The notes under the pieces were generated by a model. It was not told the origin of the DNA. It was given only the letters and a program-made list of their open reading frames with translations, and ran no database searches. A stretch of DNA of 62,568 nt, the filler included, from Nemertoderma westbladi (taxonomy: Eukaryota; Animalia; Xenacoelomorpha): assembly GCA_032718475.1 (NCBI GenBank). It is 3 parts of 3 records of this genome, joined end to end, with 100 filler letters (N's around TTAATTAATTAA, not from the genome) between each part and the next. Parts side by side here need not be neighbours in the genome. Positions count along the whole stretch, not along the records: positions 1 to 26,307 come from JAUCBJ010007742.1; 2 more parts are not named here. One strand, written 5' to 3'. Of this stretch, positions 11,593 to 26,407 are shown piece by piece (position 1 is the stretch's first letter; each line of letters starts with the position of its first letter). The translations under genes were made by a program, and so were the position numbers.

Positions 11593-14128
11593 GGGCTTAT
11601 TAAAATCCCTAAAAAATGAAATATGTGGTTGTATAGTAGAACAAGATACTGGATCGTAGCTTAAAATGCATACAATGCTGCAATTACGTTCAATATGCTC
11701 AAATTAACAATAAACACAATATTACTATGTGTTCTAGACTTGAGTTATACGGAAATAAAAACCTTCAGCAATAAAGCATTGAACTGTAATAATACTTATG
11801 CCTAATCCTTCAGCCTGCGGCCTCGGTAATTATACACAGGTTAATTTGCTTCTGGAACGGCATCAGTGATTATTCAGTTTTATTAACTTCAGGTTATTAT
11901 TTCCATATATTAACTCTAGAACATAGCAATCAATATATTGTATCTATATTCCAGGATATGGTGTGTATACATTATACACTGTATACAAGTATGCACTGTC
12001 AGACTGTTACCATAATTTGAATAAATCTGCTGATCTAGGCCTATCTGTCAGTCTGGCAGTCTACAGGTCTATCCCTGAGCTGAATCTCTGCGCCTGTGCT
12101 AAGACATCTATATCTGTATATCGCTATTTTCCGGTTTGCCCTTTGTTTCCTGATACCCTACCGCTGTACCGGTAGCGTAGGCCTATTTGACTTTTTGATA
12201 ATGTCGATGCAAATCAAATTTCTTTGGCAATATTGCAACAATAATCACATAATACTGTAATAAGGATGACAGCGCATATGAAACCTACAACTACAGTCAG
12301 CCTCAGTGGTACCGGTACCAGTATTTTGGCTCGATTGGTAGGCCTACCACTCATTCGCGTTATTAGCATTCGATTATTCTGGGTGTTTGTCGTGATTGAT
12401 ACGATTTATCTTTGCAATGTTGGAATATTTTCTGTCTCCTTTGGTAAGTCTTTCCAGCTTTCAGTCTTGAGGCAGTTCTGCAGTCTGGCAGTTGGGACTT
12501 AGAGCAAGGGCAGAAATTGAGAGGGAGGGTTTCATAACTCGGTATGTTATGTAGGCCTACTCTGTACACTGTAACTCCAGACTGCCAGAAGTCCACTGAT
12601 GGCATTTTTATAGCTGTCAAGTTCAGTAGTTCAAATTGAGTGATTGATACATTCAGATATCTGGATATTGCTGCACTGCTACATTGAGTATATTGACAGA
12701 TGAGATGAAACGAAACATGAAAGATTGATGCATTGGTATGTTGGTGGAACAGTCAGACAGTCTGACAGTTGAACAGTCAGACAGCAGGACAGTAAGCAGG
12801 CAAGCATTGAAGAAAGCACCCACCGCTGCACCGCCACCATGCCTGAGGGGTAATTCCATCCAAATTCGACAAATCGCGGTGGCATGGTTCATCGATTTCG
12901 TTTATTTTTGGATATATGGTCGGAAATGGTATAAATAAAATGACACCTGATGAAATATTTCTGATGATGATGTTTTATTGGTTTTCGAGATATTGCACTT
13001 CTGCACTTCAAAGTTTGCGATTTATATATATTGATTATATATTATTGATATAGGCCTATGATATATGATTTACATATCCCCAATGCACAATGAAACCTAC
13101 AGAAAGAAAATCTTTCTGTCTAGTGGGTCAGTGGGTGGAGTGTCATTTTATGTTTATTGTTAGGCCTATATTATTATATATTCTATTATTATTATTAGGC
13201 CTATTAAAACCATGAATAAATACCACCCACTTGCCAGACCAACTTTTCTACTGTTCTATGTCTGTATGTGGCTAAAGATTGCACTTATCAACAAATTTTG
13301 TCTTTTTGAGGCTGAGTTGGCAGGGTTGGAGTGGTCTGATTAGTAGCCAAAACATTTAGTTTATACTGATATAGTTATTAGTTAGATATATCAAAAGGGG
13401 GTTCTGTGGTAAAATTTTCATGTACCACCAGCAAATCAGACTCACATACCATCATCTGGAAAATTGAAACTTTCCTAAATTGCCATACTTCAGTACTTCG
13501 GAACATACTCTGCAAGCGTCTGATAAAATATGGGTGCTTGAAATTAATCATGAGTAATAACATGGATAAGGGAAACATGCATGACAAGTTTCGAACCCCA
13601 CCCATGCCTTCTTCAGTATATATTATCCAATTTAAAAGTTCAATTTTCAGAATTAATCATCAGATTAAATACTTTAGAACGAAGGTCTGCTTAAGGCAGT
13701 AAGGGGGGGGGGGGGGGGGGTTAACCCCCAGTCTTTTTGTTCATCATATTTTTTTAATGTGTTTTCCGATGTGAAATTTTATGGTAATTCCGAATCTGAT
13801 ATCACTTTTTCGATAAGGTAGGCCTATTTTGTTCTCGAGTTATGGCAACTTTTGTAATTTTCACCCAAAATTTCAAATTTTTAAATTTTGGTGCAGCACC
13901 ACATTTGACACCAAAAATTACCATCAAACACCCATAAATGTGCAAATATTTTGCCATTTTCGGAATCAGCGCCTAAAATTAGCCTATGGGTATCAAAACC
14001 ACGAAAGTTAGATTATATTTAAAAATTTGAAAAAATTTTCACTTTTGGTGCATGTTTGGTCAGTTGTTATCAGGATGAAATTTAAATGTCATTTTTCTCG
14101 CATTGGCTTTTTTGGGACACTTTCTCTA

Positions 14129-15752
14129 GGGTAGGATACCCCAATTCCGGACAGAATTTCGAATTTCTCTCTATTGTAGCTCAACCATAGTTTCATCCAA
14201 TCAAAAGATGATTCTAACAGTACAGGACATTATCCTACATCAAAATAAAATCTTAACATTGAGTGCCCAGCGCCATCTAATGGGCGCAAATGGGCACTTT
14301 TTTTTACAAGATTGGGTATTCCGTCCGGAATTCTGTCCGGTATTTGGGCAGGTGTCCAATTTCCGGACAGAGTATAAATTTGTCTCTTCCTATGTCTGTT
14401 TGCTCTACAAATCTATAGTTTACATTATAGAAAGGTGCCTAAGACCCGAATGCGAATACATGTATCACCATGCTGCCATGTTGTCAGGGGGTGGGGTGGG
14501 GGTCTGTTCAGTAGTCGACCTGTCTGTTTGTCTGTCTTTCCACAACTTAAAAACACTAGTACATGAAAGTCTGAATTCATACAATTTTCCGATTTGCACA
14601 ACTTTTTTTGTTTTGAATTTCTAAGCAAACACAATTAGTTAATGTCAATAATTTGTAAACCAACCTGCCATCTGTCTGTCTGTTCGTTTGTCGGTCTGTC
14701 TGTTCGTTTTTCTGTCTATCCATTTCTATGCAGTAAATGTTTCAATTACAGTAAAACGCCAGATCACCAATTACACTGTCACAGAAGTCCAGGACTCATT
14801 CTGGGTGGAATATTATTCAGCGCACAAACTCATTAGAGCGGAGTGTCCCCCTCCCTTCACTGCCTTTTGGTAAGAGCCAAGAGAGAAAAGACTTCGGTTT
14901 CCCTTCTTGTCTCACATTTACCAATAAAATTGTACTTAAGGGACAAATTTAGAGCAGGCAGGTGACTGATGAATTGCGTATGATGAGTTGGTAATAATTC
15001 AATATATTATATAAATCTCAGATTCACTCTATTCACTATTTCTCAACTAAACTCAAATAAATGTAAACAAATATAAACAAATTAAAAATAAACAAGATAC
15101 AGCCAAATTTACTGATTTATCAATGTTTATACATATAATTATGTATGTATTAGGCCTATGTAAGTAGGTCCTATTGTTATTGTAAGTATTTTTGTACATT
15201 ATCTATTTATTTATTATACATGTAGAGTAGGTAGGAAATATACATCTATATTTAAGTATATTTATTTATATATATATATTATAAATATATATTATTATTA
15301 TTAATATAATAATTTAATTATAATATATATATATATATACGGTATTATATTACATTATATATATATATTACATACATTTATATATACATACATTACATAC
15401 ATACATACAATATACATACGTTTATATATACATATTATTACATTTGCATATATATACTATTATCGTGTATTATATTACGGTACTATAGCAATAGCTGTAT
15501 AGCCAAAGTCCGGCCTTATGTAACTGACTATCCTATTCTGAGGGTCCCTTACATATTTAGGCCTAGTCTATATCAGTATATACTACTCAATTCGGTAATA
15601 AAAGTAATCCAATGCAGTACAGACAGACAGGTTACAGAAAAACCGCAAAATTCTTAATTTTCGTGGTATAATTTGTATTGAATAAGTGGTTTGTCCGGAA
15701 TTTGAGTAGGTTGTCCGGAATTTGCAATGTCCGGAATTGGGGTATCTTACCC
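14129..15752. mobile_element. Tc1/mariner(pogo)-like MITE with TA TSD
   Basis: TIR GGGTA(G/A)GATACCCCAATTCCGGACA. TA is duplicated at 14127-28 and 15753-54. The empty site TTTCTCTATCTAC is preserved in the opposite arm of the foldback. Confidence 0.9.
15250..15480. repeat. AT/TACA low-complexity microsatellite
   Basis: (TA)n/(TACA)n runs. Confidence 0.8.
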
Positions 15753-16939
15753 TATCTACTTTTTAACTACTCAACGGATTTTCGTTCTGTTTGCAGAATT
15801 ATGTAGAGGAATATTCCCCGCAAAAATTGAATCGACAGAATTTTGAAATTTTGCTTTAAAAAAAGTTATAGCATTTTTCGTTTAAAAAATACCGAAAAAT
15901 CTAAAAAATCCAAAATTTAGCGATTTTTTACACAAAAAATGCCATAACTTTTTTTTTGAAAAAAAATTTCAAAATTCTGTCAATTCAATTTTTGCGGCGA
16001 ATATTCCTCTACATAATTCTGCAAACATAACGAAAATCCGTTGAGTAGTTAAAAAGTAGATAGAGAAAGTGTCCCAAAAAAGCCAATGCGAGAAAAATGA
16101 CATTTAAATTTCATCCTGATAACAACTGACCAAACATGCACCAAAAGTGACAATTTTTTCAAATTTTTCAAATATAATCTACTTTCGTGGTTTTGATACC
16201 TATACTGCTATAGGCTAATTTTAGGCGCTGATTCCGAAAATGGCAAAATATTTGCACATTTATGGGTGTTTGATGGTAATTTTTGGTGTCAAATGTGGTG
16301 CTGCACCAAAATTTAAAAATTTGAAATTTTGGGTGAAAATTACAAAAGTTGCCATAACTCGAGAACAAAATACCTTATCGAAAAACTGATTTCAGATTCG
16401 GAATTACCATAAAATTTCACATCGGAAAACACATTAAAAAAAATATGATGAAAAAAAAGACTGGGGGTTAGCCCTAACCCCCCCTTAAGAGGTTGCTCAC
16501 ATAACCCTCATACATTAAATATTTAAATGTTGTAGACACAATAAAGGCTGTTTTTTTCACCACCCACTTATCATATTTTATGTGTAACAAACAGGGGAAA
16601 AAATATTCACATTTTATCGACTAATTTCAATAGGGCCTACCCAATGAATTATATACCCTCCGATACTATTAATTATTATATCATAATAGAAAGAAAAGCT
16701 GTTGAAGAGGAAAGCTTTGCCAGGATAATTTGCTCGTAAATGTGACAATTATTATATTTATTTAAATGCATTCAAGTCCAATGGGCCTAAATATATTTTA
16801 TATTAATTATATTCCATTACTACGAAGAATTACATTAGGTTATTAATTACATTAGGTCTACGGTTGGATATGCAGATATGAAGATTGCATACCCGCAGTA
16901 CTATTCAGCTACAGTAACAGTATGGTACTAAACTGTAAG

Positions 16940-17725
16940 TAGGGCTCGATTGGAGCTCCGGCCTCCGGCTCCGGCTCCAGCCATTTTGGCACCTCCGGCT
17001 CCGGTAAAAATATTGCCGGAGTTAATTTTTTAATAAAGTATTATATTTCGTGCATGTTCTAATCTGAACAATTATTTAACACTATAAGTACGGTACTGTA
17101 GTACAGCTTCAATATCAAGTATAATCTGATACCGGTAATACTGCAGTATTTACTTAAAGTCAATGACTGACTCACTGTACTGCAGTACTGGTACTGGCCA
17201 GCTGGCTGACTAGCAGACTATTACAGATAGGCCCTACTTCAGTACTTTAAAAAAGTGTAAATGCTATGATTGTACACTGTCAGACTGTACCACTGCAGCC
17301 ATTTACTGCTGTCATGCCAGCATACTGTACTGCAGTACTGGTACACGTACGGTAGGCTACCTACAGTACACACCTCTACCACAGTTAGACAGTTAGTGAG
17401 TTAGGTACTGCAGGTAATTTTTAGCCGTCAGCGTCAGGCCGTCGCCGTCAGCATCAGGCCGTCGCCGTCAGCGTCAAGCTGTCTGTCCGTGATAAATTAA
17501 TTACTTAAATTTTAAATTGAAAATTCGTAAATCTATAAATTATGAAATTAATTAGACCTACAGTATGATTGATTATGAGCGATTGGCGAACGATAACCAT
17601 ACTTTATTTTTTTTAAATAAATAATTAAATTTTTAAAATTTTTGAAAAACTCCGGCTCCGGCTCCGGCCAAATTGTCCAACTCCGGCTCCGGCTCCGGCC
17701 AAATCCCAACTCCGATCGAGCCCTA
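16940..17725. mobile_element. hAT-type MITE
   Basis: TIR TAGGGCTCGAT.GGAG, 8-bp TSD ACTGTAAG (16932-39 and 17726-33), subterminal CTCCGG repeats. Confidence 0.92.
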
Positions 17726-18130
17726 ACTGTAAGGTACATTTAAGAACAATCAGTACCAATTCTTGGGGATATGCAGATATGTTCGAATAAATCGCAAACT
17801 TTGAAGTGCAATATCTCGAAATCCAATAAACCATAATCTGAAATATTTCATCAGGTGTCATTTTATACCATTTCCGACCATATATCCAAAAATAAACGAA
17901 ATCGATAAACAATGTAGCCATGCCACCGCGATTTGTCGAATTTGGATGGAATTACCCCTAGTCTGCCAGTAGCAGAGTAGTGTAGCACCCACCTTTTAGG
18001 CCTTTTTCGCATTTCAGCATTTTGTATTTCCGATTTCAGTACAGTACTACAGTGACGCAGTGGGTAGGATGGCTAAAACGTCTGTCCTTATCTGATCTGA
18101 CGGTATCTGACACTTGTTCCACCTTGGTTC

Positions 18131-18346
18131 AGAGCGCACCTTGGTGTAGTGGTTATATTGAATTCACATCTCTCGGAGGTTGTGGGTTCAACCCCGGCAT
18201 GGGGGCCAAGGTAGTTTTCGTTTCGGCACGAATGTTTTGAAGGGTTTAACGAGGCATCTCCGCCTTGCATCCTTAAATGGTAGCTAAATGAGTACTGGAC
18301 TTTCTGCCTATGTCGACCAGCATGTGAAGTTTCCCTGGTATTCCCC
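18131..18346 (+). mobile_element. tRNA-derived SINE
   Basis: Pol III A box TGGTGTAGTGG and B box GGTTCAACCCC. Body shared with the 11400-11592 copy. No complete cloverleaf. Confidence 0.65.
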
Positions 18347-18352
18347 TTAAAC

Positions 18353-18386
<34 letters not shown>

Positions 18387-18415
18387 GGGGGGGTGGTCAA
18401 TATAACACCCCCCGC
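18347..18415 (+). repeat. Poly-G tract, probably a DNA-transposon terminus after TTAA
   Basis: TTAAACCC-G~40-TCAATATAACACCCCCC. Confidence 0.45.
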
Positions 18416-20504
18416 TCTGAAACTGACGATACTAACTAAAAGACTAACTGAAACGAACTGAAAGGAATTCAAATAAAATAAGCTAGAAATTTTAAACTTG
18501 TTTTTAGTGGCTGGTGCCAAATTTGGTTTCCGGCCCATGTGAAGAATACCGCCCATGTGAAGAATACCAGGATTTCACTTTTCGGTCGACTTTTTATTGG
18601 TCGATATTTTTTATAAAATTTATCTTTATTAAGTGTTTTATGCGCATGCGTGATGTCCGTTATTTTTTGAGGGGGATGATCTATTGATCAGTCAGTCAGA
18701 CGGTTAGTAAGAAGGTAGGTGTAAACAAGCCGCCGCGGTAACATATTCTCCTTTCCCTCAATTGGTAGGTAACAAAATCGTTTATTGTTTTGGTTAGGAA
18801 AACCCTGGTCTCGGTAACATGCTCCTTTCCCTCAATTTGTAACCTGCTCTTTTCCTTCAATTTGAAGTTAACAACAGCGTTTATTAATTCCCACATTCCC
18901 ATCCACCTTCCAATATTCTTTCATCGTCTGGGTATAAACTCCACTGTATCAGCTGGCAATATGGGGCATGTTAAGTGTTTCGTCATATACAACTACACAG
19001 TAGGCCTAGAGAGATTCCCCTTCCTGCCTTCCCTTTAGCTGTTTAGCGTAACAAACAAACAATAAATATTTTAAATGTAATATAAATAAGTATCATTACC
19101 GTACTTAATTAATAATATTAATTATAATTAATATAATTAACTTTAACTATTAATAATGATAACTATTAACAAGAAAGATTTACGAAAAAAATATTGCAGC
19201 AAATGCTGTATTGTTTTTAATAAAAGTTTAATGTTACAACACCAACTAAATCTACGAAAGCTGTTTAGCTGGGACAATCACACCACTTTCATACCCACCA
19301 TCCTTCATCCTATATCGAATTTTTAATATATAATAACATGCCTTTGTGCATTAGATGCATACCGGTATGCCTGTACTGCTACTTCATATGATGATACTGA
19401 TACGTAACAGGCAACGGGTGCATGTAAAGAGCGGACTGCGGACTGGCGGACTACCAGACTACTACCAGATAATTATCCTATACAGTAATTACGTGGACTG
19501 TTGATTAAAGGCCTACTATATAATCAACATTCTACGGATTTTCAGATTATTTATTTCAATAAATATTTTATATACTTCCTGCCTTTAGAGTTTAAGTCAC
19601 AGTTGTGTGTTCACCAATATAAAAGAGCGAATATTCGGACATCCTAAGCGCAGGAGCTGGGGGAAGATCTTCTCTGTGCTGGGGGTAAGATAGCGTAAGA
19701 AAAGGGGGAAAGAAAAGGGGTGTAAAGGGGTGTGGACCTATAAATAGCATCCAATAGGACGCATCTAATTACTGGCATTTAATTCTGTCAAAATTTTTAT
19801 GACAGCCTTAAGATGAAAACCACGAACACCTGATCGGCTAGTGTTTTTTTAATGTTTTTTAGTGTGGGCTGTGATATACTACATATCTGACATACGATTA
19901 ACTGTGGGGCGAGCAACGTAACTCCAGGTGAGCCTTAGCATAGTGGTGGACATTTTAGAAATTATACAGAGAGACAGTCTTCTGTAGTTCATCTCTCTGC
20001 CGCAAGGGGGCGAATTGACAGAAACGTAGAAGTAACTCGAATGTCCCTGTCCCTGTACTACAGGGGTTGTCTGGTTGTTAACTTCACGATTGTTATCACC
20101 TACCGGTAATGGTAGTTCAGGGTCGGGCAGTCGGGATCATTTAAGACGGTAATGTCTATAGTTTGGAGGTCGTCCATGTCCATTATCCAAAAAAACTTTC
20201 CTCGATATTAACTGTAGGCTACGTATATGGTAAGACTAGTGGCGAACCTATACCTACTGAGGACTAGTTACGAACCTATACCTCCACTGTAAATACAGTA
20301 GTACTATTTTCCTAAACTTTCACATCAAGGCACTATCATCTTACGTAAACCTGGATGTATTATAGTAAGTTTAGTTTTGGACGTTTAAGAATAGGCCTAC
20401 TACACGTGCAATACGGCCGCCATCGATTACGTTACTTATACTTAGTTTTAGTTTGAATTAATCGAAAACTTCAACCGGCTGACCGGTAGCCGGTAGGCCA
20501 ACAG

Positions 20505-20783
20505 TAGGGCTCGATCGGAGTTGGGATTTGGCCGGAGCCGGAGCAGGAGCCGGAGTTGGACAATTTGGCCGGAGCAGGAGCCGGAGTTTTTCAAAAATTT
20601 TAAAAATTTAATTATTTATTTAAAAAAAATAAAGTATGGTTATCGTTCGCCAATCGCTCATAATCAATCATACTGTAGGTCTAATTAATTTCATAATTTA
20701 TAGATTTACGAATTTTCAATTTAAAATTTAAGTAATTAATTTATCACGGACAGACGGCCTGACGCTGACGGCTAAAAATTACC
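20505..20783. mobile_element. One-ended copy of the 16940-17725 hAT MITE (inverted), broken by a TA-type TIR fragment at 20785-20995
   Basis: Near-identical to the reverse complement of ~17415-17725, followed by TA-GGGTAAACTGGGGTAATTTGGGACA. Confidence 0.8.
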
Positions 20784-21072
20784 TAGGGTAAACTGGGGTA
20801 ATTTGGGACAAAATCGTCCTTTAAAGCTTTTTTCAGAATCTTAAAAACATTTTTTTGATAATCCGACCTTATCAAGTATGCACCATGTACCCATTCTATC
20901 AAACTAATTACTTAATTTTTATTTTCAAATAATTAATTACCTTTTTTTAATTAATATTCATCAGTGTCCCAAATTACCCCAGCATGGGGTAATTCAGACT
21001 GTGACTGTGGTCTCTGAGTAGAATTTCTAAACTTTTTATAGATTACTGCAGTACTGGACTACTGGTATACTG

Positions 21073-21881
21073 TAGGGTTCGACTGGAGCAATTTTTTTTG
21101 CCGGAGCCGGGTACCGGACCGGAGCAACCTAAAAGTGCCGGAGCCGGGGCCGGAGCCGGACCGGAGCAACATTGTTTGTTATTTAGCCTTGAGTTTGCCG
21201 TAATTAATTTTGCAGATAGCTCAGCAGGGGGGGGGGGGGGGGGGCTCTTTACTGCTTTACATAATCAATTAACGGATAGCATAGATCTACAGACTGACAG
21301 ACCTATACCTGTATAGGCCTACTGATTACTGATATAATTTAATCTTAATCTATAGGCCTATACGGTCATTCGGGTACTGCCTGACAGCCTGGCCGATGTA
21401 CTAGCTAACTGGCAGACTGCAGGACTGGATTGGGATATTAAAGTTAGCAGTCTTGCAGTCTTGGGTAAGTGGAAGACTGTCAGACTCAGTGACTCAGATA
21501 AAAGGACAATTCAACGGAAATAGGCCTACAGATGTACAGCGAAAGACATAGTCAGACAACAGGACAATGCTACAGCAATAGGCCTACAGCTGTACAGCGT
21601 TTAGCCTACGGCCATACTGCCACGCCTTAATACAGTCGGCAGTACAGTCTGCCAGTAGACTTTGATCAGTTCGCAGACGGACGTCTGGTGTCTGGCTGTA
21701 TGCAGGTATGTTTGCCCTGCCTATCCATGTAGCTATGCATCGTGCAGCACAAATACTTTTTGCCGGAGCTCCTGCACCTAATTTGACCGGAGCCGGACAT
21801 GCCAAGTCCGGCCGGAGCCGGACCGGAGCCGGACATGCCAAGTCCGGCCGGAGCCGGAGCCGGAGCTCCGGTCGAACCCTA
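21073..21881. mobile_element. hAT-type MITE (related family)
   Basis: TIR TAGGGTTCGAC.GGAGC, 8-bp TSD GTATACTG (21065-72 and 21882-89), GCCGGA subterminal repeats. Confidence 0.92.
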
Positions 21882-21950
21882 GTATACTGTACTTGTCTAC
21901 CGGTATCATGTTTTGTTTCATCTAATCAAAGATTACCCTGTGCTGTTCTA

Positions 21951-23260
21951 TCACATTTGAGGCACAGTGACAAACACCTTTCCCCAGTGGCCATTTTTGG
22001 ACGAATTTGTCTCAAATTTCACACAAACACTCTCTGACCTATGTGTAACTTCAAAAAAAAAAAATTTAATTAGGGGATAGATTTGATTAGGCAGCACGAT
22101 AGAAAATCATTAGTTTATGGCTTTTTTTTCGAAAAGTCAATTTTTGCCTGTTTTCAAATGTGCACCATTTCCTCAATTTTCCTTCAATTTGCCAGAAAAT
22201 CCATAAACAGTCACTCCAGGTCGTGTATTTAATGTGTTGTAAATTTTACGGCTGCAGAGGACGATGTGCCCTTCGCGCAGCACGTGAAAAAATCTGTATT
22301 TTCTAGAAAATTTTTTCTTAATTTGAACACTGTCCACTGTCAGTACTACTGCGACTGCCCTGCCAGTACCAGACAACCGCACTACAGCACTGCACTGTAA
22401 GTCAGTAAGTATGCAATCAACTAATAGTAAAATAATATTTCAAAATGGCGATTTTCAATTGTGCCGATGGGCCGTCGGTAGGCCTACAATTGCCAGTTTA
22501 AGTGCCTTGACGATTTACAATTAGCAGAGAATTGGTGGACGTCATCTGCAGCCGTCTTTCAGTGGTGGTTCAGACACGGTCTCGGTCCGGAAACACCCCC
22601 AACGTCAGGTTGTCGTTGCTCGATGGCAATGAAGTTATCTTTGAGGAAGTCTCGTCTCTACGTCGAACTCATGGAGGGAGATGCACACGCACCAGATGCG
22701 GAAGCGGCAATCTCTCTGCCCGCACTGATGATGAATATTTTTGATGGATATATTTTTAAATAATATAACTTCAAACTTACAATATAATTATGTTGTGAAT
22801 TACTTTACAGTAATTTGTTGTGTAACTTTATACTAAGTCGGTATCGGTAACTATTATTCATGTAATCAATAGGGCCTAATAAATAAATTTTTAATGATAG
22901 TTTTTTTAGTTAATTATGTAATTTATAAGGCCTACTAAGTAATTTTATTAACAATTATTATATTACAGTGCATATTTTTTGAATTGTGGCATTTTGTACA
23001 ATAATAAATCAATTTGCAGTTAATAAATAAACTTTCAAATAATTAGATTTCTTAATAAGGGCATAGAGGAATCAACAAACTTTGAAAAGGAGTGATTTGC
23101 TATGGACGTAGCTGAATCAACAAACTTTTGAAAAAAAGTGTAAGTGGTTCGCCATGGGCATAGGGGAATCATCAAAGTTTGAAAAAATAAGTATAAGTGG
23201 TTCTCCACGGGTATAGGGAAATCGACCAAAAAATGTCTTACCACTGTGCCTCAAATGTGA
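21951..23260. mobile_element. Non-autonomous DNA transposon with 19-bp TIR and TA flanks
   Basis: TA-TCACATTTGAGGCACAGTG ... CACTGTGCCTCAAATGTGA-TA, with ~50-bp subterminal repeats at 23055-23230. Confidence 0.85.
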
Positions 23261-23384
23261 TATTACCCCCTGTGCTTATTAACGTGTTACAAGATTATGC
23301 ATACAGGTCAGTCACTCAGTCAGCTAAACTGACCTAATCCTGTAAGCCCCAATAGGCTGACTCATCTCAGCTTATTGGTTCACG

Positions 23385-23550
23385 TTGTCCAGGTGGTTAG
23401 ATCATCAGTTTTCCAACCTGAAGGTCATGAGTTCGAGCCCCACAAAACAGCAAAAGGAACAGTCCAGTTTTCGTTAAGCTGTTAGCACTAAGGAACTAGC
23501 TTCAGCCCACCCAGCTATATAATGGAAACTTGGCATATGCTGGGGGAGTA
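23385..23550 (+). mobile_element. Degenerate tRNA-derived SINE
   Basis: GGTGGTTAG...GAGTTCGAGCCC (A/B boxes) followed by a CCACCCAGCT...AATGG central-domain-like motif. Confidence 0.5.
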
Positions 23551-24025
23551 GGTCTAAAGAAAATGGATGAATATTGAGATTGAGAGTATTTGTACTCAGG
23601 AGTTAGTGTGCCGCCCTGTCCGCCTTATAGGAAACAGCCGAGAGAGAGAGAGATGAGCCTTCGGGTTACCTCTGGTGGTTCGCGTTTCACCCATCATTTC
23701 TACCGTAATTATGTTAACAGTTATACCAGTTATTTTTACAGTGAAATTTGCATTGCATCCAGTTTTATGTTAACAAATCAGCAATTATCTAAGAAGTATT
23801 TGCTGATAGAAAAAATATTAAAGCTGAGAGCTTGATATTTATTATTTTTTTCGACTTGACTTAACTTATTTACTTCGGTTGCTGTAGCAAGGGTTAATTG
23901 TAGGCAAGCGAAACATGTGACGGGTGTATGATATTTTGGTTAATTTTTAATTGGGTGGTAAATGGGAAAAGTAAAATTTCTTGTCAGACATACAGCATAC
24001 AGGGAGTGGGTATGCCTACCTTTTT

Positions 24026-24108
24026 ACACCATCTACAGTGTAGATGGTGTGCACTTCCAGTGCGACAATATGGTGTAGATTCTACACCATAATGTCGCAC
24101 TGGAAGTG
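24026..24108. repeat. Two adjacent near-perfect palindromes
   Basis: ACACCATCTACA-G-TGTAGATGGTGT (24026-50), and 28-bp arms at 24052-79 / 24081-108 with one mismatch. Confidence 0.9.
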
Positions 24109-24583
24109 GAATTGCACTCCTAATTATAGGTCCTACCTAATAAGCTGATATGCAATTGCATATTGATTTACTCTTAATTTCTAACTTGTCAGTCTGTCAG
24201 TATGTTGTTGTATGGAATGCCAAAATATACTATGTTGCTTTGTATTTAAGAGTCTGGCTGGCTGCATTGCAAAGTTGGGTTGTTTATAAATTGTTTATAT
24301 ATAATTTGACTTGTTTATAATTTGATTTCTTTGTTTGTTTCTGTATTATAGGTAGGCATACTTATATATATATCATATCATTTTGTTGAGTTTATTGTTC
24401 AACTAGAACATTAATTTGTTACGGTTGTTTGCGAAATATATAATAATATATATTGATTCCGCAGGTCAATTATAATTATACAGATGTATCAGTACCGCTA
24501 TCATCTCTAATGCAGTTGTTGCCGAATTATTATTTTGTATTGTATTTGGATTGACTAGTTATATTATAATGACTTAAACTTAA

Positions 24584-26307
<1,724 letters not shown>

Positions 26308-26407
26308 NNNNNNNNNNNNNNNNNNNNNNNNNNNNNNNNNNNNNNNNNNNNTTAATTAATTAANNNNNNNNNNNNNNNNNNNNNNNNNNNNNNNNNNNNN
26401 NNNNNNN
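26308..26407. other. Artificial contig linker
   Basis: 44 N + TTAATTAATTAA (stops in all frames) + 44 N. Confidence 0.97.

Larger units (their letters stand above)
13703..16484. mobile_element. Foldback MITE of ~1.15 kb (almost wholly palindromic), interrupted by an insertion; GG...CC ends with (G/T)TAA flanks
   Basis: 13703-14128 + 15755-15890 is the reverse complement of ~15925-16484. The near-identical ORF-track peptides at 13829(+) and 16368(-) reflect this. Confidence 0.85.
12846..17959. mobile_element. Non-autonomous DNA transposon with ~180-bp TIRs (outer shell of a MITE nest)
   Basis: AGGGGTAATTCCATCCAAATTCGACAAATCGCGGTGGCATGG... at 12846 with its inverted copy at ~17790-17959. No clean TSD seen. 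Confidence 0.8.

Noticed and set aside
13829-16368. Duplicated small gene MFSSYGNF...
   Set aside because: Opposite arms of a foldback MITE
18131-18210. tRNA gene
   Set aside because: A/B boxes are present, but there is no acceptor stem or cloverleaf and it continues into a repeated SINE body
21963-23248. RSS heptamer CACAGTG at both ends, with ACAAACACC on the left (Transib/RAG-like)
   Set aside because: The heptamers are internal to a longer TIR with TA flanks; there is no 5-bp TSD and no 12/23 spacer
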